Shown piece after piece: positions 1 through 15,434 of a stretch of DNA of 64,000 nucleotides. Numbering within the stretch: position 1 is the first letter of the stretch; each line of letters opens with the position of its first letter. The stretch comes from Octopus vulgaris (lineage: Eukaryota), in contig OX597829.1 in the NCBI GenBank assembly GCA_951406725.2, positions 32,550,001-32,614,000 on the forward strand. The letters are read 5' to 3'. Made by a program: the position numbers and the translations under genes. The notes beneath the pieces are model-generated. The model did not search any database, had not been told where the DNA came from, and saw nothing but the letters and a program-made list of their open reading frames with translations.

Positions 1-519
1 ACGCAGGTTAATTCGACTCGCGAGGTTTGTCAATTTTTGCAGGAATAAATTTTTGCCGGAAATATTTTGTTGAATAGTTTATTTAAGAAAGCCTGCTTCA
101 ATGGGTGAAGAGTTGGGGACCGCCAAATTGTACCCCAAAGGATATAATTGTTGTAATATTTATACGCTTTCGTCTGGTATTGTTTTCCGAGCATCGTTAA
201 TGCCCACATATTGTTTCGATGAGGTGGTAGCAGAAAGGTCTCATGGCGTTACCAGCTTATTAGAGAGCGGAAGCTCGACAACAACAACAACAACAACAAC
301 AACAACGACGACGACGACGGCGATGACAACAACAGCAATAACAACATTAACAACGTGAGGTGCACTGAAAAGGAGGAGAAACTTCTGTTATGACGATTCA
401 AAGTCCAACTGCTATAGCGGCAAACGAATATAGCAATATCAATAACAAGAGCATCAGCAGTAACAGGAGCAGCAATAATAACAATGGCAAAAGTAACCAC
501 TTAACAATAACAACAGCAG

Positions 520-911
520 GAGGTGCAATGGCCCAGTGGTTAGGGCAGCGGACTCGCGGTCATAGGATCGCGGTTTCGATTCCCAGACCGGGCGTTGTGA
601 GTGTTTATTGAGCGAAAATACCTAAAAGCTCCACGAGGCTCCGGCTCCAGGGGATGGTGGTGATCCCTGCTGTACTCTTTCACCACAACTTTCTCTCACT
701 CTTACTTCCTGTTTCTGTTGTACCTGTATTTCAAGGAGCCGGCCTTGTCACTCTCAGCGTCTCTGTGTGACGCTGAATATCCCCGAGAACTGCATTAGGG
801 GTGCACGTGTCTGTGGAGTCTCGGCCACTTGCACGTTAATTTCACGAGCAGGCTGTTCCGTTGATTCGGATCAACCGGAACCCTCATCGTCGTAACCGAC
901 GGAGTGCTTCC
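520..911 (+). mobile_element. tRNA-derived SINE, family A (full length)
   Basis: tRNA-like head with A box TGGCCCAGTGG and B box GTTTCGATTCC; closely similar copy at 30492-30862; flanked by AACAACAGCAG direct repeat (509-519 / 912-922). Confidence 0.9.
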
Positions 912-1840
912 AACAACAGCAGCAGAGCAGCAGCCGAAGTGGTGGTTGTAGCAACAACGATGATCAAAACAACTACAGCGGCAGCAGCAGCAACAGAAAC
1001 CGCAATAACATCAATAACGAAAACGACAAAGTAATGGGGACAACGTCATGTACAGACATCCTTTTGTAGGGACTGCTGCAAGATCAATGCAGTTTTTCTC
1101 GCTCTCACTAAGCGATAAGGAGCAACGTTTCACGGAAGCGAAGCAACTTTTAAAGCTGACACCAGTTGAAATCTTGACAGCAACTTCCCGTATTGTTGCG
1201 CATTGACTGAAACCCATCGTGAAAGAAGCCTTTAAATATTATGGGTGGACATAGATTATGTATCGAAAGCAAGGAAGTTCAGGAGCGTAGAGAGCCTCTT
1301 CAAGAGCAAAGCGCTTAAATTGAAGCGTTCGGTGGCTTCTATAAGCAACAGGAAATTCCCCCTCTAACCAAACTATTTGGGGAGTTGAACTTGTCACGTT
1401 AAGATGGAGTTTGACCTGGGTTAGACTTTAAGATGTTACTGGCATGTGTTATTCTCAAGTGCAGTGGAACCATTCTCGAAGTGATGCGAACAGAGAGAGA
1501 CCGCAGTAGAGATCCTCCTTTAAATCAAATCGGACGAAACAGAAAAGATTCAAGGCCTAACGCAATAGAGCTGTGAGTTGCGGTTAAGAGCAGAGGGCCA
1601 AGATATTTATGAGAAAGGAACACTTACTATGTTGTACTTGGTGAGAAAGATAACTCGGGATCTGTAGGGTTCCTTAATCACCCCTTCGTGGCGCTCCCAC
1701 CGTTACGGGGAATTTTATTGTTATAATTTTGTTATTGCTTTTCTATTGTTTACACGTAGTTTTATGTAAATCCCCACTGACCTCTGTTTTGTGTGCGGCC
1801 TTTGTGGCCAATAAAGAAAAAAAGTATTCTTGTTGTTGTT

Positions 1841-2160
<320 letters not shown>

Positions 2161-4776
2161 GGATGTGGTTATAGACCACCCAGAAACCCTTCTATAGATC
2201 AACAAGAAATGCAGCATTTTGACATATCAAGAGAAAAGTACACATTGTTAATAATGGTTCAACGTTTCTGCAGATTCTGCGTGAAACGGGGAAGATACTT
2301 CGTTCTCCCATTTTACTTAAACTCTTACCCAAATGCCTCTGGCTTGTTTCTAGATTAATCTGAGTGTTATCGAATATAATGACTCTAGGGAACCAAGCCA
2401 AGTGATAATTGCTTATGATGTAGCCATAAAAACGTATTTTTACTTCAAAGCAGAAAGTAAAAAAAAAAAAAAGAAAAAAAGGAAATAATTTCGTTGTGCA
2501 ACCTCCTACACTAACCTTAACAACATCATTACTTTCTACCCATGCAACAAAAACATCTACAGCACCCTCTAAATAACAACAACAATATCAATAAAGAAGC
2601 CTACCACAAACCTATTACGGCAAACGGTATTAACTCAATTATTAACATGAAAAGCATCATCTACACCTCCACCAAATCAAGCACCTACAACACGACTTCC
2701 TTCGACCGATTGGGCAAGAAACCTAACTGTTGGCAACACACGAGTCTTCGTTGCCAGCTGGCGTGCAAATCTTGTATCTTCAGTCTTGACATGAGCACCG
2801 GCAGGCACAGCATTTTTGTAGATTCACTCGCGGCCACTAACATTTATCCGGGTTGTTTATAGGGATGGAAAATGTAGTCTCTCCTTTGTCTCCCTCAAAG
2901 AAATCTACTTGCATCTGACAAAAATTGGAAACAATTCCCAACCTCTTTGCTAACATCTGAGGATTTCGGTTCAAATCAAATCCCAGTTACCCGACTAACA
3001 AAAACTGCAGATCCTATTCTTTGCGCTACATATCCCTCAACCTCTTCTCTCTAACCCATCTCTGTTGTCTAGGTTAATTTCTCTACTGCAGTTTTATTCT
3101 GAAAGATAGGGTCTGAGTTATATGGAATCCAATCTCCTCATTCATCATCTTCTCTGCTGTTATGGGTTGGGAAATCACTATCTAATCAAGGCCACTCACC
3201 TCACAGACATCAACCATACTCAGCTTCACGAACCTCTGTTTACGGATAACCGATAAGGCAGTTGTTTAGCAGAATCGTTAGAGTGCCGTTCTTTCGGTGA
3301 TTGTGTTCCGGTTATTTAGATTCTAAGATCAAAGCCAACCGAAGTCAGCTTTGCCGTTTATCCTTCTAGCAGTCGGCAGAGTACCAAGTACAAGGTAGGC
3401 TCTCTTCCCTTCTCTCTCCCAGGATCGTCTATGTTGGGTGATAATAGAGCTATTGACAATCCTCTTACCTCTGCAACAGTGAGATGAGAGAACCTTCAAC
3501 GATTCTTAGTGCCCTTTATCTCCAAGAAACAGAGGTGAGTTGAATCAGGAGCTATCAATCTCTTACCATCTAAGAGAGTACAAAGACTTTAAAATGTCCA
3601 GGAAGCATGGTAAACGGATGGATGTATTTGTTCTATTACGGAATGGTTAACAGAATATTGGTCGAAATTCCAATCATTCTTGATAGGAATGTCTTTCATC
3701 GCCCGAATCCATGTGAGACGACGGCTAAGAGGGAACGAAACCATATTCTTAGGCATGTACCTTTACATTCCTCACATTATCAACCTCCTCTCCTATTCTT
3801 CATGCGGTTTCCCCACAACAGTGTTGAATCTATGAGGAAAGAATACGGCAGGTCATACGCCACCACTACCTGGGAGGATTTTACCCAACACTGCAACCCA
3901 GGATGACTACAATAAAAAAAAAATCGAAACAAAACTAAAAACAAATGATGTCTATTTTGTGTCTCAATGAACTGTAAAATTGAAGTAGATCCAAATTTGT
4001 GGGAATTTCTTACTAATTCTTGTGCAAGATGGCCGTGTTAGCAGCCGTCTTGCTGAAACTGCTCGTTTCTGGTCTGAACAGATCTTCTAATCCTTTCAGT
4101 CTGACGAAGCAACTGGTCCCAATAGTAACGTCTTCACTGCTGTTAAATAGTACAAACTAGAGCAAGTTACTATCATTACAAACTCTTCAAACTCTCTTAC
4201 TCATTCGCACATACACATGTATGTTTATCTCACTTCAGAAATCTATTTCAGACTTTGACGTCATTATTCCTGTAAACGACCGACTGCAAATGAAACTGGA
4301 GCGATAGATGCAGTTATTAACAATCACCTGCAATCTCTCTCTGTTTACTAACCCCTAGGGAGTGGGGGTACACTGTAATCACATCAGTTACATTACACAT
4401 CAGTACATTATTTTATCGAACCAGTAAGAAAGAAACGCAAAATCGGCACTGGCAGCAATTGAACTCCGAATGTAAAGGACATAACACTTTCACCTGTCGC
4501 GCTGTTTTGATTCTGTTATTCTAACAGCTTTGCATCATAAGTGAATTTAATTTAATTAAGGAAGTTCATTATCACTTCGTTTTATTTGAGCATCTATACT
4601 TTCTCTCATTCCATTAAATTATTGAGCATATTGTCTGCCCATATGTCACTTTTGCGTGCCCACGCTGAAAGCCCATGGTAAAATATTGTTTATTAGTTAA
4701 TTATCTGCGACAAAACTATTTTGAAAAGATATATATGTATGAGTTAGAGAGATAGTGCATGTGTGTGTATGTGTGT

Positions 4777-4841
<65 letters not shown>

Positions 4842-5006
4842 ACAGAAAAAAAAACTTAATATGAGTAAGGGAGTAGTTATATTTTTATATATATCGTCGA
4901 CCATATAACTTGTTAGAATGTTACCTTTGCACGCACCAAGCATTATTATTCGACATGAAACCGAGAGCAACATTCTAACCAACCATACGCCATAACTATA
5001 TGCTTT

Positions 5007-5473
5007 TTCCCTTCGCAAATACTGATCGGGCACAGACAGTGTGTCGTTAGCCAGCTGGAGGAGGTGTCTTCCAGTGGCGATAATCTACAGTAGCATCGTC
5101 CCATATGGGTCGGCCACATTTAGGTGGCAAATATACTTCACGATGTCGTGCTGCTACTGTTTATATCTCGTTCAGAGATTTATTATTGCTTGTTTTTCCT
5201 TTTTCGAGATCAGCCACTTTTTATCACTGCAAAATCACTTCTCATCGCTAGCTGGCGATTGTCACACGCTGATTACGGGTTACTACTCAGAAACCTGGAT
5301 CCGTGTGTATCACGTCAGGCTAGAGATGAGAACGATGATTTCCCTTCGCAAATACTAATCGGGCACAGACAGTGTATCGTTAGCCAGCTGGAGGAGATGC
5401 ATTCCTGGGGCTATAAACTACAGTAGCATAGCCCCATATGGGGCAGCCACATTTAGGTGGCAAATATACTCCA

Positions 5474-5477
<4 letters not shown>
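5007..5477. repeat. Direct repeat: two ~138-bp copies with 333-bp period
   Basis: TTCCCTTCGCAAATACT...GCCACATTTAGGTGGCAAATATACT at 5007-5144 and 5340-5477. Confidence 0.9.
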
Positions 5478-5517
<40 letters not shown>

Positions 5518-6587
5518 TTGAACTTGTGTGCATTTCTACTTAATATTCTATTAACTAAAAGAACAGCTCGTTAATGCTTCCTCGAAATACAAATGATGTG
5601 AAAGTACTCTGGCAAGGGGAAGGGGGTAACACAAAAGGGTTAGAATTGCATTGCTAACTTTTTCTTCTTTCATTTAAGAAAATATATTTTTTGTTCTTCT
5701 AAAAATATAACACAACAACAGTAGCAGTAACAATACAGGCGTTAAATGGTAGCCAAGTCTAACTGAAATTGCATTCTACACATTTAAATAAAGGACACAT
5801 AGGATGCTGTAGTTAGTTCCTTTACGTGTGTGTGTGTGTGTGTGAATGGGATGGTCAGAACTGGAATACTCGACCATGTCTGATTTACTGCTAAACAATC
5901 AAAGTACACAATCAAAAGGAGAAAGACAGGTACAAAGAGACAAAGAAAGAAATTCGGTAACTTGAAATGGAAGAATAAATGAATAAGCATATAACTGAAT
6001 AAATAACTAAATAAATAAATAATATATCAACGAACGGAACTGTAGAGATTAAGAAGAAAGCTGGAAATATGAAAAATGATAAATAATTCTAACTTACTTG
6101 TAAAGAGTTCTGAAGTAATTCAACTACAAAAGTTGATTTTGAAATAAGAAAGATTTGGTAAGAGAAAGACAGAGCGAGAGAGGGAGACTGAAGTCTCAAC
6201 TCTACAGTCAACTGTCAAAAGTCAAACATTGAAATAATTGTCAGGAAAAAGAAGAAAAAAAAAAAAAAAAAAACGAAATCAAAGAAAAAAAAATTAAAAA
6301 ATTAAAAGAGAGAAGAGTTATTTGTCATTTTTCCAAAATATTGCTAATACTAAAAGTAATTAATAAAAAAAAATGTGAGGAGAGAAAGAGACAGAATACA
6401 AGAGACGGGGAGCGGCAGAGGTGGTATGGAGGATAAAGGGCGTAGAGGTTAAAGATTATTAAGATCAGAATAATTATGATAGTGATGAGGAAGAGCAGAG
6501 AAGGAGAGAAGGAGAGAGGGAAGGCGGAGTTTAAGTCAAATACATCTCATTCAACTCCAATGAAATATTTTTTGCACCATTTTTAAT

Positions 6588-6667
6588 TCTTCTTCTTCTT
6601 CTTCTTCTTCTTCTTCTTCTTCTTCTTCTTCTTCTTCTTCTTCTTCTTCTTCTTCTTCTTCTTCTTC
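6588..6667. repeat. (CTT)n microsatellite
   Basis: Read directly. Confidence 0.98.
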
Positions 6668-7167
6668 GAAAAAGTTTCAAAATTTTCAAAAATTGGCTTG
6701 ATTTTTCTTCTTTATTGCCACATTTTCAAAAAATTTTTAATACAACGCCTGGTGTTGCTTTTGGGTGTGTTTTCAACGATTACCATTTTCTACATTAGCT
6801 TGAAGATTTCTCAATCATCATTCATACGCAGTACAAACACACAAATACACATACTCTTACACACATGTACTGACAAAAACACGCACGATTGGCAGCTATA
6901 AGGCGCATACAATTAACACGCTCATACTTATGAACTCACACACTCACAAACATATACATATAAAAAATAAAAATACACACACCCACTTTGCATAAGATCC
7001 TTATCATTTATCACTTCTAGTGCTACTTTTCGAGCACCAAAAATTCTTGCCATAAACCATCTTCACGGAGAACATGTTATTTTTTCCCTATATATCTTAT
7101 CATTTTCTAAATTTCTCTTCCAAATTCTTCATATTCGCATATGTTTGTATACTTAGAAATTTTACGT

Positions 7168-7249
<82 letters not shown>

Positions 7250-7423
7250 GTGCATTTACTTTGTGTCAGTATACTTTAATGTCTACATTTTCGTCCTATT
7301 TTTGTTTTCCGGCAGAAATTTTTATCAAAGTCGTAATAAATTCTTAAATGGTTAGACAGCACTCTCACCTATTTAGACGAATTGATATCTATTTTATGAA
7401 GTACATGTGTGTCATTTTACACG

Positions 7424-7460
<37 letters not shown>

Positions 7461-7515
7461 ACACAAACATATCTACATTTTTATATCTATATAATGACTG
7501 TGCCATATATTTGCC

Positions 7516-7565
<50 letters not shown>

Positions 7566-7836
7566 TATATAAAAATATCTACGTATATATATGTATAAGC
7601 ATATATATACCTGTTTAATACAATAAATGAATTAATTGCATTGCAATTAAAAACATTTATGTATTAAGAATTTGGGTACTTTACCAACAGTATATTGGAT
7701 AAATGATATCCCATAGTGGGTTACACCCATAACCTCTATCTTACTTTGTACTATATATGGATACATATATATACATACACACACATGTACGTATATATAT
7801 ATATATATATTTCCCTCTATCTAACCATCACACATT

Positions 7837-7884
7837 GTCTCTGATGAAGGGATATCCCTAATAACCCAGAAACAGCTGTAAGAC
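7837..7884 (+). ncRNA. Minimal type I hammerhead ribozyme motif
   Basis: GTCT-CTGATGA-a-GGGATAT/ATAACCC(stem II)-a-GAAA-C-AGCT-G-TA-AGAC; stem I GTCT/AGAC; palindromic stem III ACAGCTGT. Confidence 0.75.
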
Positions 7885-7959
7885 TAACTTTTTCTTTATA
7901 AATGTCCTGAAAATTCCTCACAGTCTTGGCTTTGTTGTCTCATTTTATTTAACACACAC

Positions 7960-8500
7960 ATATTTTTTCTCCCCTACACCGTTTTCTATCTGTTCCTCTC
8001 TCTGCCCCTCTTGCTCCTTTATTCTCTCGTTACTCAAACGTGACCACCGTCCATCTTTCTTTTCCCCGCGTGATCATCTTTCTTTTCTTTCGGTTTGAGT
8101 CACAGACCAGACGCATTCTTGTCTCTCTCCTCTACTATCTTCTATTCTGTCGAGAATTGTTCCTTCAACGTTCACCACCTTACATCGTCTGGCTTAGCGG
8201 CCCTCACTTTTTGTTTTCACTGTCCTGTTTTTGTTACCAACTTTGACATCCAAAAATTCCAAATTTTATTTTGACTCGCGGGAGCAACTGTTTTCTTGAA
8301 GGCACATATTGTAACGAATTGCTCGAAATGTGGAGTAGATAAACAGCCAACAACTTATGAAGGGTCGTTCGTTATGTTACTTGTCATGTTTTCCGTTTGT
8401 TTTTTTCGCTGTTCGCATACAATAGTTTGTCCTTGTATTTTATGTTTTCACATTTCATGTTGTTTTCGCATTTCCTGTTGTTTACGTTTCATGATGTCCT
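7960..8500 (+). mobile_element. Dispersed non-autonomous repeat (possibly Penelope-derived), family H
   Basis: Homologous to 20715-21115 (minus) and 56170-56470 (plus); shared GGGAGCAACTGT...CAACTGATGAAGG-like motif. Confidence 0.6.
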
Positions 8501-8631
8501 GTACCCATCCGTATATGCATGTATATATACATACATATATATGCAAGTATGTACATTTATGTATGTATATATGCGTATATATACCATTTTTTATTGTATA
8601 TATATATAAATTATATATTTATATGCATATA

Positions 8632-9040
8632 GGCGCAGGAGTGGCTGTGTGGTAAGTAGCTTGCTAACCAACCACATTGTTCCGGGTTCAGTCCCACTGC
8701 GTGGCATCTTGGGCAAGTGTCTTCTGCTATAGCCCCGGGCCGACCAATGCCTTGTGAGTGGATTTGGTAGACGGAAACTGAAAGAAGCCTGTCGTATATA
8801 TGTATATATATATAAGTGTGTGTGTATATGTTTGTGTGTCTGTGTTTGTCCCCCTACCATTGCTTGACAACCGATGCTGGTGTGTTTACGTCCCCGTCAC
8901 TTAGCGGTTCGGCAAAAGAGACCGATAGAATAAGTACTGGGCTTACAAAGAATAAGTCCCGGGGTCGATTTGCTCGACTAAAGGCGGTGCTCCAGCATGG
9001 CCGCAGTCAAATGACTGAAACAAGTAAAAGAGTAAAAGAG
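8632..9040 (+). mobile_element. tRNA-derived SINE, family B, with internal (TA)n(TG)n tract
   Basis: A box GTGGCTGTGTGG, B box GGTTCAGTCCC, 3' tail AAGTAAAAGAGTAAAAGAG; many homologous copies in the window. Confidence 0.9.
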
Positions 9041-9391
9041 AAGAGTATATACACACAGAGTAAAAAGAAGATTAATATCAGTCCACTGTTGTGGATTGGC
9101 GGAACCACCAAGCGTTCTGATAGCAACACCCGTGACGTCACCAGTGCTAAGTTGTATTGACTTTGGAAACATTTGTGGCGTGGAAGGAGGTCACTTGCAT
9201 GCCTACGCAAGTGATAGTTTTATACACGCACACACACATATACACATACACATACACGCACACATATACACACACGCACGCACGCATACACACACTTACA
9301 TATGCGCACACGCACGCACGCACACATACACACAAAACCTTGTCAAAGCCTGCTTCTTGATATAGGTGCAGATATTGAACCTGGATTTCTT

Positions 9392-9475
<84 letters not shown>

Positions 9476-9486
9476 ATGTATGTATG

Positions 9487-9538
<52 letters not shown>

Positions 9539-10220
9539 AGGTCAGTTGTTCATAAGTTCGGAAAAGTAGCATGATCTAAAAAGTTTATATGAGCAGTGCT
9601 ATTTAATGTAGTTGCCAGCCAGAAAGCTACCATTGGTTTCAGACCTATTTTTTGCTCTTAATAATACAGGCAACTAAACAGACCTGATGGCACATAACCT
9701 CATTACTAATGTAGGTAATAACACAGCCTTGGTATATATGGTTTTTGACACGGCACAAAACCTCCACATCTAGACAAATAAGATTTATTACAATTTATTG
9801 AAAGTGTTCTATTATTATTATTACTATTATTATCTTCATATTTTCCATTTGTGTAATGTAAGATTCCAAACATGCTTTGGCATTCCCAAACATATGACAT
9901 GACGTCCTAGGGCGTTGTTCACGATCCCGGTATTTTGAACCAGTTCTGATTTTAGATCAACACACATTGTGCGCTTTATCTGTGCTCGTCGTCGTTGGTT
10001 CAGTTAGTTTTATATAGACACTGACAGGAAGGGGACCTAAGATACTAAAGCATAATTTTCTGTTTTGGGTTATAACTTGGGTTCAAGTCATGCATTGAAC
10101 ACTTTCTTTCTATGCAAAACACTACGCTTTTAGATGAGCAGTGATATGCAGTGTGAAACGCATGTGGATGTGTCAATCTACATGCAATCCACACACACAT
10201 GTAGGCATGTATACCTTCCT

Positions 10221-10260
<40 letters not shown>

Positions 10261-10313
10261 TATATGTATGTAGAGATATATTTACATATCTACAGTATAT
10301 ATATATATACATG

Positions 10314-10353
<40 letters not shown>

Positions 10354-10565
10354 GCATACACACATATATATGTATGTATGTTTGCATTTATGTATGTATG
10401 AGGTCCCTAACCGCCAACATTTATAGGTATGTTACATGAGCTTGTTCACAGATACATATGTACGTGCATACATAAATAAATACATACATACATACATACA
10501 TAGGTACATATATACATAGATACATACATACATACGTATGTGGTATGTATATGTTTATGTATATG

Positions 10566-10619
<54 letters not shown>

Positions 10620-10764
10620 CTCATCGACATGTTGCTTGCATGGCAAGATAAATAAAATACAGTAATATTCAGTGGATGGCATCTGTGGAATCATTTAAAA
10701 AGTAATCTGACAGCAATCTTTACTGACCTGCTCCAACGAATCTCATAGGTATGGCTATATATAT

Positions 10765-10803
<39 letters not shown>

Positions 10804-10846
10804 GTTCGTGTATGTGCGCACGCACCTGTGTGTGTACGTGTTTGTG

Positions 10847-10895
<49 letters not shown>

Positions 10896-11494
10896 ATAAT
10901 ATATATAAATGTATATATTAATATATATATATATCTTATATATCTATACATATGTATAGATAAGTGTATGGGGGTATATATATATATATATATATATACA
11001 TGCATACACACACGCAGAGATATGCATATATTTGCGTATATGCATAGACATAGTCATATATTACTCATGCGCATACATTCACGCACCGGATATACATCCA
11101 TGCATACATACATACATACATACATACATACATACATACATACATACATACATACATACATACATACATACAGACATACATACATACAGACAGACAGACA
11201 CACACACACACACACACACATGTAGGCATGCATACACATTCAGATATACACACATATACCGACAGACAGACAGACTCAATCTGATAACTAAAAAATGAAA
11301 ATTGTGTCGAGATTCCGCGAGATAAACATGAGGAGGTTGGCTGTTTGGTAGGAGATATGCCTAAGGGATCACGGTATAGGGTGTGGTGAAAGAGAGGTAC
11401 CATACATAGGTATGTGTACATTGAGTATCTTATTTATTTATTTCTGTTAAGTGATGTTTGCTTTCATTTTTGTTTTCTTTTATCTCTGCTGTGG

Positions 11495-11498
<4 letters not shown>

Positions 11499-11579
<81 letters not shown>

Positions 11580-11678
11580 GAGATATATACATATATGTAT
11601 ATATATATATATACATACATATATATATGTGTGCATATATATATATACATATATATATGTGTATATATATATATATAT

Positions 11679-11729
<51 letters not shown>

Positions 11730-11746
11730 GTGTATATATATATGTG

Positions 11747-11779
<33 letters not shown>

Positions 11780-11930
11780 GTATATATATATATGTATATA
11801 TATATATGTATATATATATATGTGTATATATATATATGTGTATATATATATATATATGTGTATATATATATATATATATGTGTGTGTGTATATATTATTT
11901 TATGTGTGTATATATATATATATATATGTC
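11499..11930. repeat. Compound (CA)n/(TA)n/(TATG)n microsatellite
   Basis: Read directly. Confidence 0.95.
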
Positions 11931-12278
11931 TTATTAGTCTCTGTGTGTGCATGGCTATATGAATTTTTGCATGTGTTTGTGTCTGTGTTTGTGTGTGTGT
12001 GTGGGGGGGGGGTGCGCATGCCCGATTGCACGCATAGATATATCTTTATGTATGCACACACACACACACACATATATAAATACATGTTTGTACTCAACAT
12101 ACAAAATGTATATACAAATACACAAACTAAATCATGTGTTTGTGCACATGAACACACTCACACGTGCACACATATACACTTATACTTGTGTACTTAGATA
12201 AATGAAATCACACACGCGCATATACACATGTAAAGTCAGAAACGCATGTATACACACATGCATACATACACTCATATA

Positions 12279-12319
<41 letters not shown>

Positions 12320-12489
12320 GTACACACGCGTGCAGGCATATACATTCATAAAATATATTCACTGACAGCTGAACACCCTAAAGAAAACCAGTTAGAAACA
12401 CGTAAGTAAGGTATGAACAAGCCCGACCAGATTTTGCTGAAGATGTAACAAAGAATAAGAAAAATGTGAAGAAATTTTGAAACATATTT

Positions 12490-12641
12490 GGTTAATAATC
12501 TCGTTGTGCAGCGACATATTTTCAGGTTCAGTTCCACTGTGTGGTACCTTGGACAAGTGTCTTCTACTATAGCCTTATAACCTAGGACAGACCAATGTCT
12601 TGTGAATGAATCTGGTGGACAGAAACTGTATGGAAGCTCGT

Positions 12642-12716
<75 letters not shown>

Positions 12717-12792
12717 TCTTGGGTATGTCCTTCACAACCGCTTGACAACCGGTGTAGGTTTCTTTATATCTCTGTACCTCAGCAGTTTTGGG
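12490..12792 (+). mobile_element. SINE family B, degenerate partial copy
   Basis: GGTTCAGTTCCACTG...GACAAGTGTCTTCTACTATAG...GCTTGACAACCGGTG homology to 8632-9040. Confidence 0.75.
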
Positions 12793-14262
12793 TAAAAATG
12801 TTTACAGGGCAAAGTTCACCTCGGTAGGATTTGAACTGAGAACATAAAGAACCATTCTGCCAATTCACCGCTTTTGTACTGACATAGTATTGATTGCTAA
12901 TCTTATATATTTTTTTTTTTTGGTAGGGGCATGGAGGTGCTCAGTGCGCCATCAAATCGCTGTAACATCGAACCGTAGTGACTTGAGTGTGATTTTACTG
13001 CAATATCTAACCGCATAGGCGGTTCTTTGTGTGATGGTGACGACGACGGCAATGGTGGCAGTGATGATGACAACGACGACAACGACGATGATGATCTGCT
13101 CCCCCACTCCATGACAATCCCGACCATGCAGGAGTTTCATCATCTCAATTTTTTTTAGGGGTGTATATGTAAGACTTGGCAGTAATTATTATGACTGTAA
13201 GGGTGTGATTTGAGGGAGATTTGGCTGCTGTGTTATCTATCGAAAAGGGTGTCATATTCCATTACCTGTCAACCATTGCCAGCATTATCAACCTTGTTCA
13301 ACGTAGTCCTTTTTTTTCTTTTTCTTTCTTTTTTTTTTTTGGTTTTCTTTTGCGCTCTTTTTGTTTTCCTTCCCTTTTTAATAGTTATTTCATGACGGTA
13401 TGAATGCTATTCGTACTGTCATAAGTAAAATATGATAATGATGGTATGGATATCAGCTATCACAATATCATAATATGATAGGATATCAGATACGCTCACG
13501 CACTACATATACAAAACCGCATGTATGAACATATACACACACATCCATCTACCTCCCCCGCCACTTTTATATAGTTACTTTTTGACGCTTTATAATGTAG
13601 ATTTAAATTCCTGTAGTTATGTCAACGATATTTTAAGAACAACAGCTTTTTAGCTTTGGTTTCGCGCTGCTAAATAGACGAGAGATAAATCTCCTTCCAT
13701 GGTTATAAGATTCCAAGACAACAAGAACACCAGGAACATCAATCTTACGCAGATAAGCGCTCTCAGAAAACCTGGTACCAATTCTTGACGGGTAGGTACA
13801 CTGAGGTGCTGCATAATAAGAGGTCCTCTATAGGAACATTGCAGAGAGGATAAAAGACGAACATCTCACAGGCAACCAATCATTTGGAAATAATATTTCT
13901 ATAAGATTTTATCACATATTGCCAACAATTATATGAAATACGACAAGGAGATCTGTGTAAAATGGAGAATGGGAAATCTATAAGGTAGAATGATGATTTA
14001 TTTGTTTGCTTGCTTTGCATAGCTGTTCATAAACAACAACGTTGTTGATCACATGTCTTCAACCGACCAATCAGTTATCCCCTACATTTTAGATGACAAG
14101 AGTGACGAGGGGATGCGTGTATAGCGAATGATAGGCAATGCAAGTGCAGCAAATGGTACACGCTCAGGGATATTAAAGAGCACAAAAAGAAAAAAAATGA
14201 CGTATTTTTTATATTAGACTGACAAAGGTTCATTCATCGAAACGTACCAACCAGAACTTACA

Positions 14263-14325
<63 letters not shown>

Positions 14326-14869
14326 CTGTCTGCAATTTTAACTGTTATTACAACAGCTAGACTCTACTCCTCTGAACTAAATCCATCTACTTAACCGTCC
14401 GTCTTGCTGCCGCTGCCACTGGTACTGCTTCTCCTCCTTCTCCTCCCTCCTTCACCTTCCCAACTTCTTTTTCCTCTTTTTTCATCCTGACTGTAACTCA
14501 AATATACATCTCCGCACGAAACAGTTCACTAAGTTATTTTTCTTTTTTATCCTTTCTCAGGACGAAAACAATCTGGAATGTTCTTCCACCACCACCACCA
14601 CCATCACCATCACCACAGTCACACACTTCCGCTACCTTCCTCCTGGAAACATTGGCCCGTGGAGGCTCAACTTGAACATCAACCATAGGTCAAGGCACAG
14701 CATCTTCTTCAAGTAAAACCATCAGAGATGAACATATTCAAACAAACACACACACGCGCGCGCATAGTGTAAACATATATACAATAACTATACACTATAT
14801 ATATATATATATATATACACAAACATATGCATACAAATAGCACACGTACAAGTATATTCAGACATAGAT

Positions 14870-14954
<85 letters not shown>

Positions 14955-15357
14955 AGTGCGTGTCTTCGTATGTGTGCGTGTGTATATTTTCAGAAGCACT
15001 TTCTTTTAACAATCAACCCTAAAACCCCCGCATACATATACAAACCTTTACCACCACCACCACCACCATAATTCACATGACATCAGTCGCTTCTCATCCA
15101 CCCTCATCAATATCATTATCACTGGCACCACCACCAACACGTCCATGTTGCGGTCCACACCACCACCACCACCACCACCACCACCACGATTGAAGATTGC
15201 ACAGGGTCTGCGCCATGTAGAAGACGCCGGCTGAAAAAACAGTCACGCTTGCTAAATGTGGATTTCAAATAGTTGGTTTTATCCCCGAAGAGAAATAGGG
15301 GGCAGACATTTTTCTTCAACGCTGGATGTCCCCTCCCCCATTACTACACACACACAA

Positions 15358-15434
<77 letters not shown>

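Noticed and set aside
1-260. Penelope GIY-YIG fragment on the minus strand (KQYVG; QLYPLGYN)
   Set aside because: Motifs are too short and oddly spaced to call without a profile search.
520-595. tRNA gene
   Set aside because: The tRNA-like head continues into a SINE body with TSDs and multiple copies; no proper acceptor stem or terminator.
1060-1822. 3' end of a LINE sharing a tail with SINE family C
   Set aside because: Only the last ~20 nt (TGTGGCCAATAAAGAAA) resemble the SINE tail; no protein motif recognised.
2700-4150. Coding exons or retroelement in complex sequence, including ORF 3607-3906
   Set aside because: No recognisable domain or splice structure.
14561-14716. Plus-strand exon after a strong polypyrimidine/CAG
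   Set aside because: Short low-complexity frame with no partner exons or donor support.
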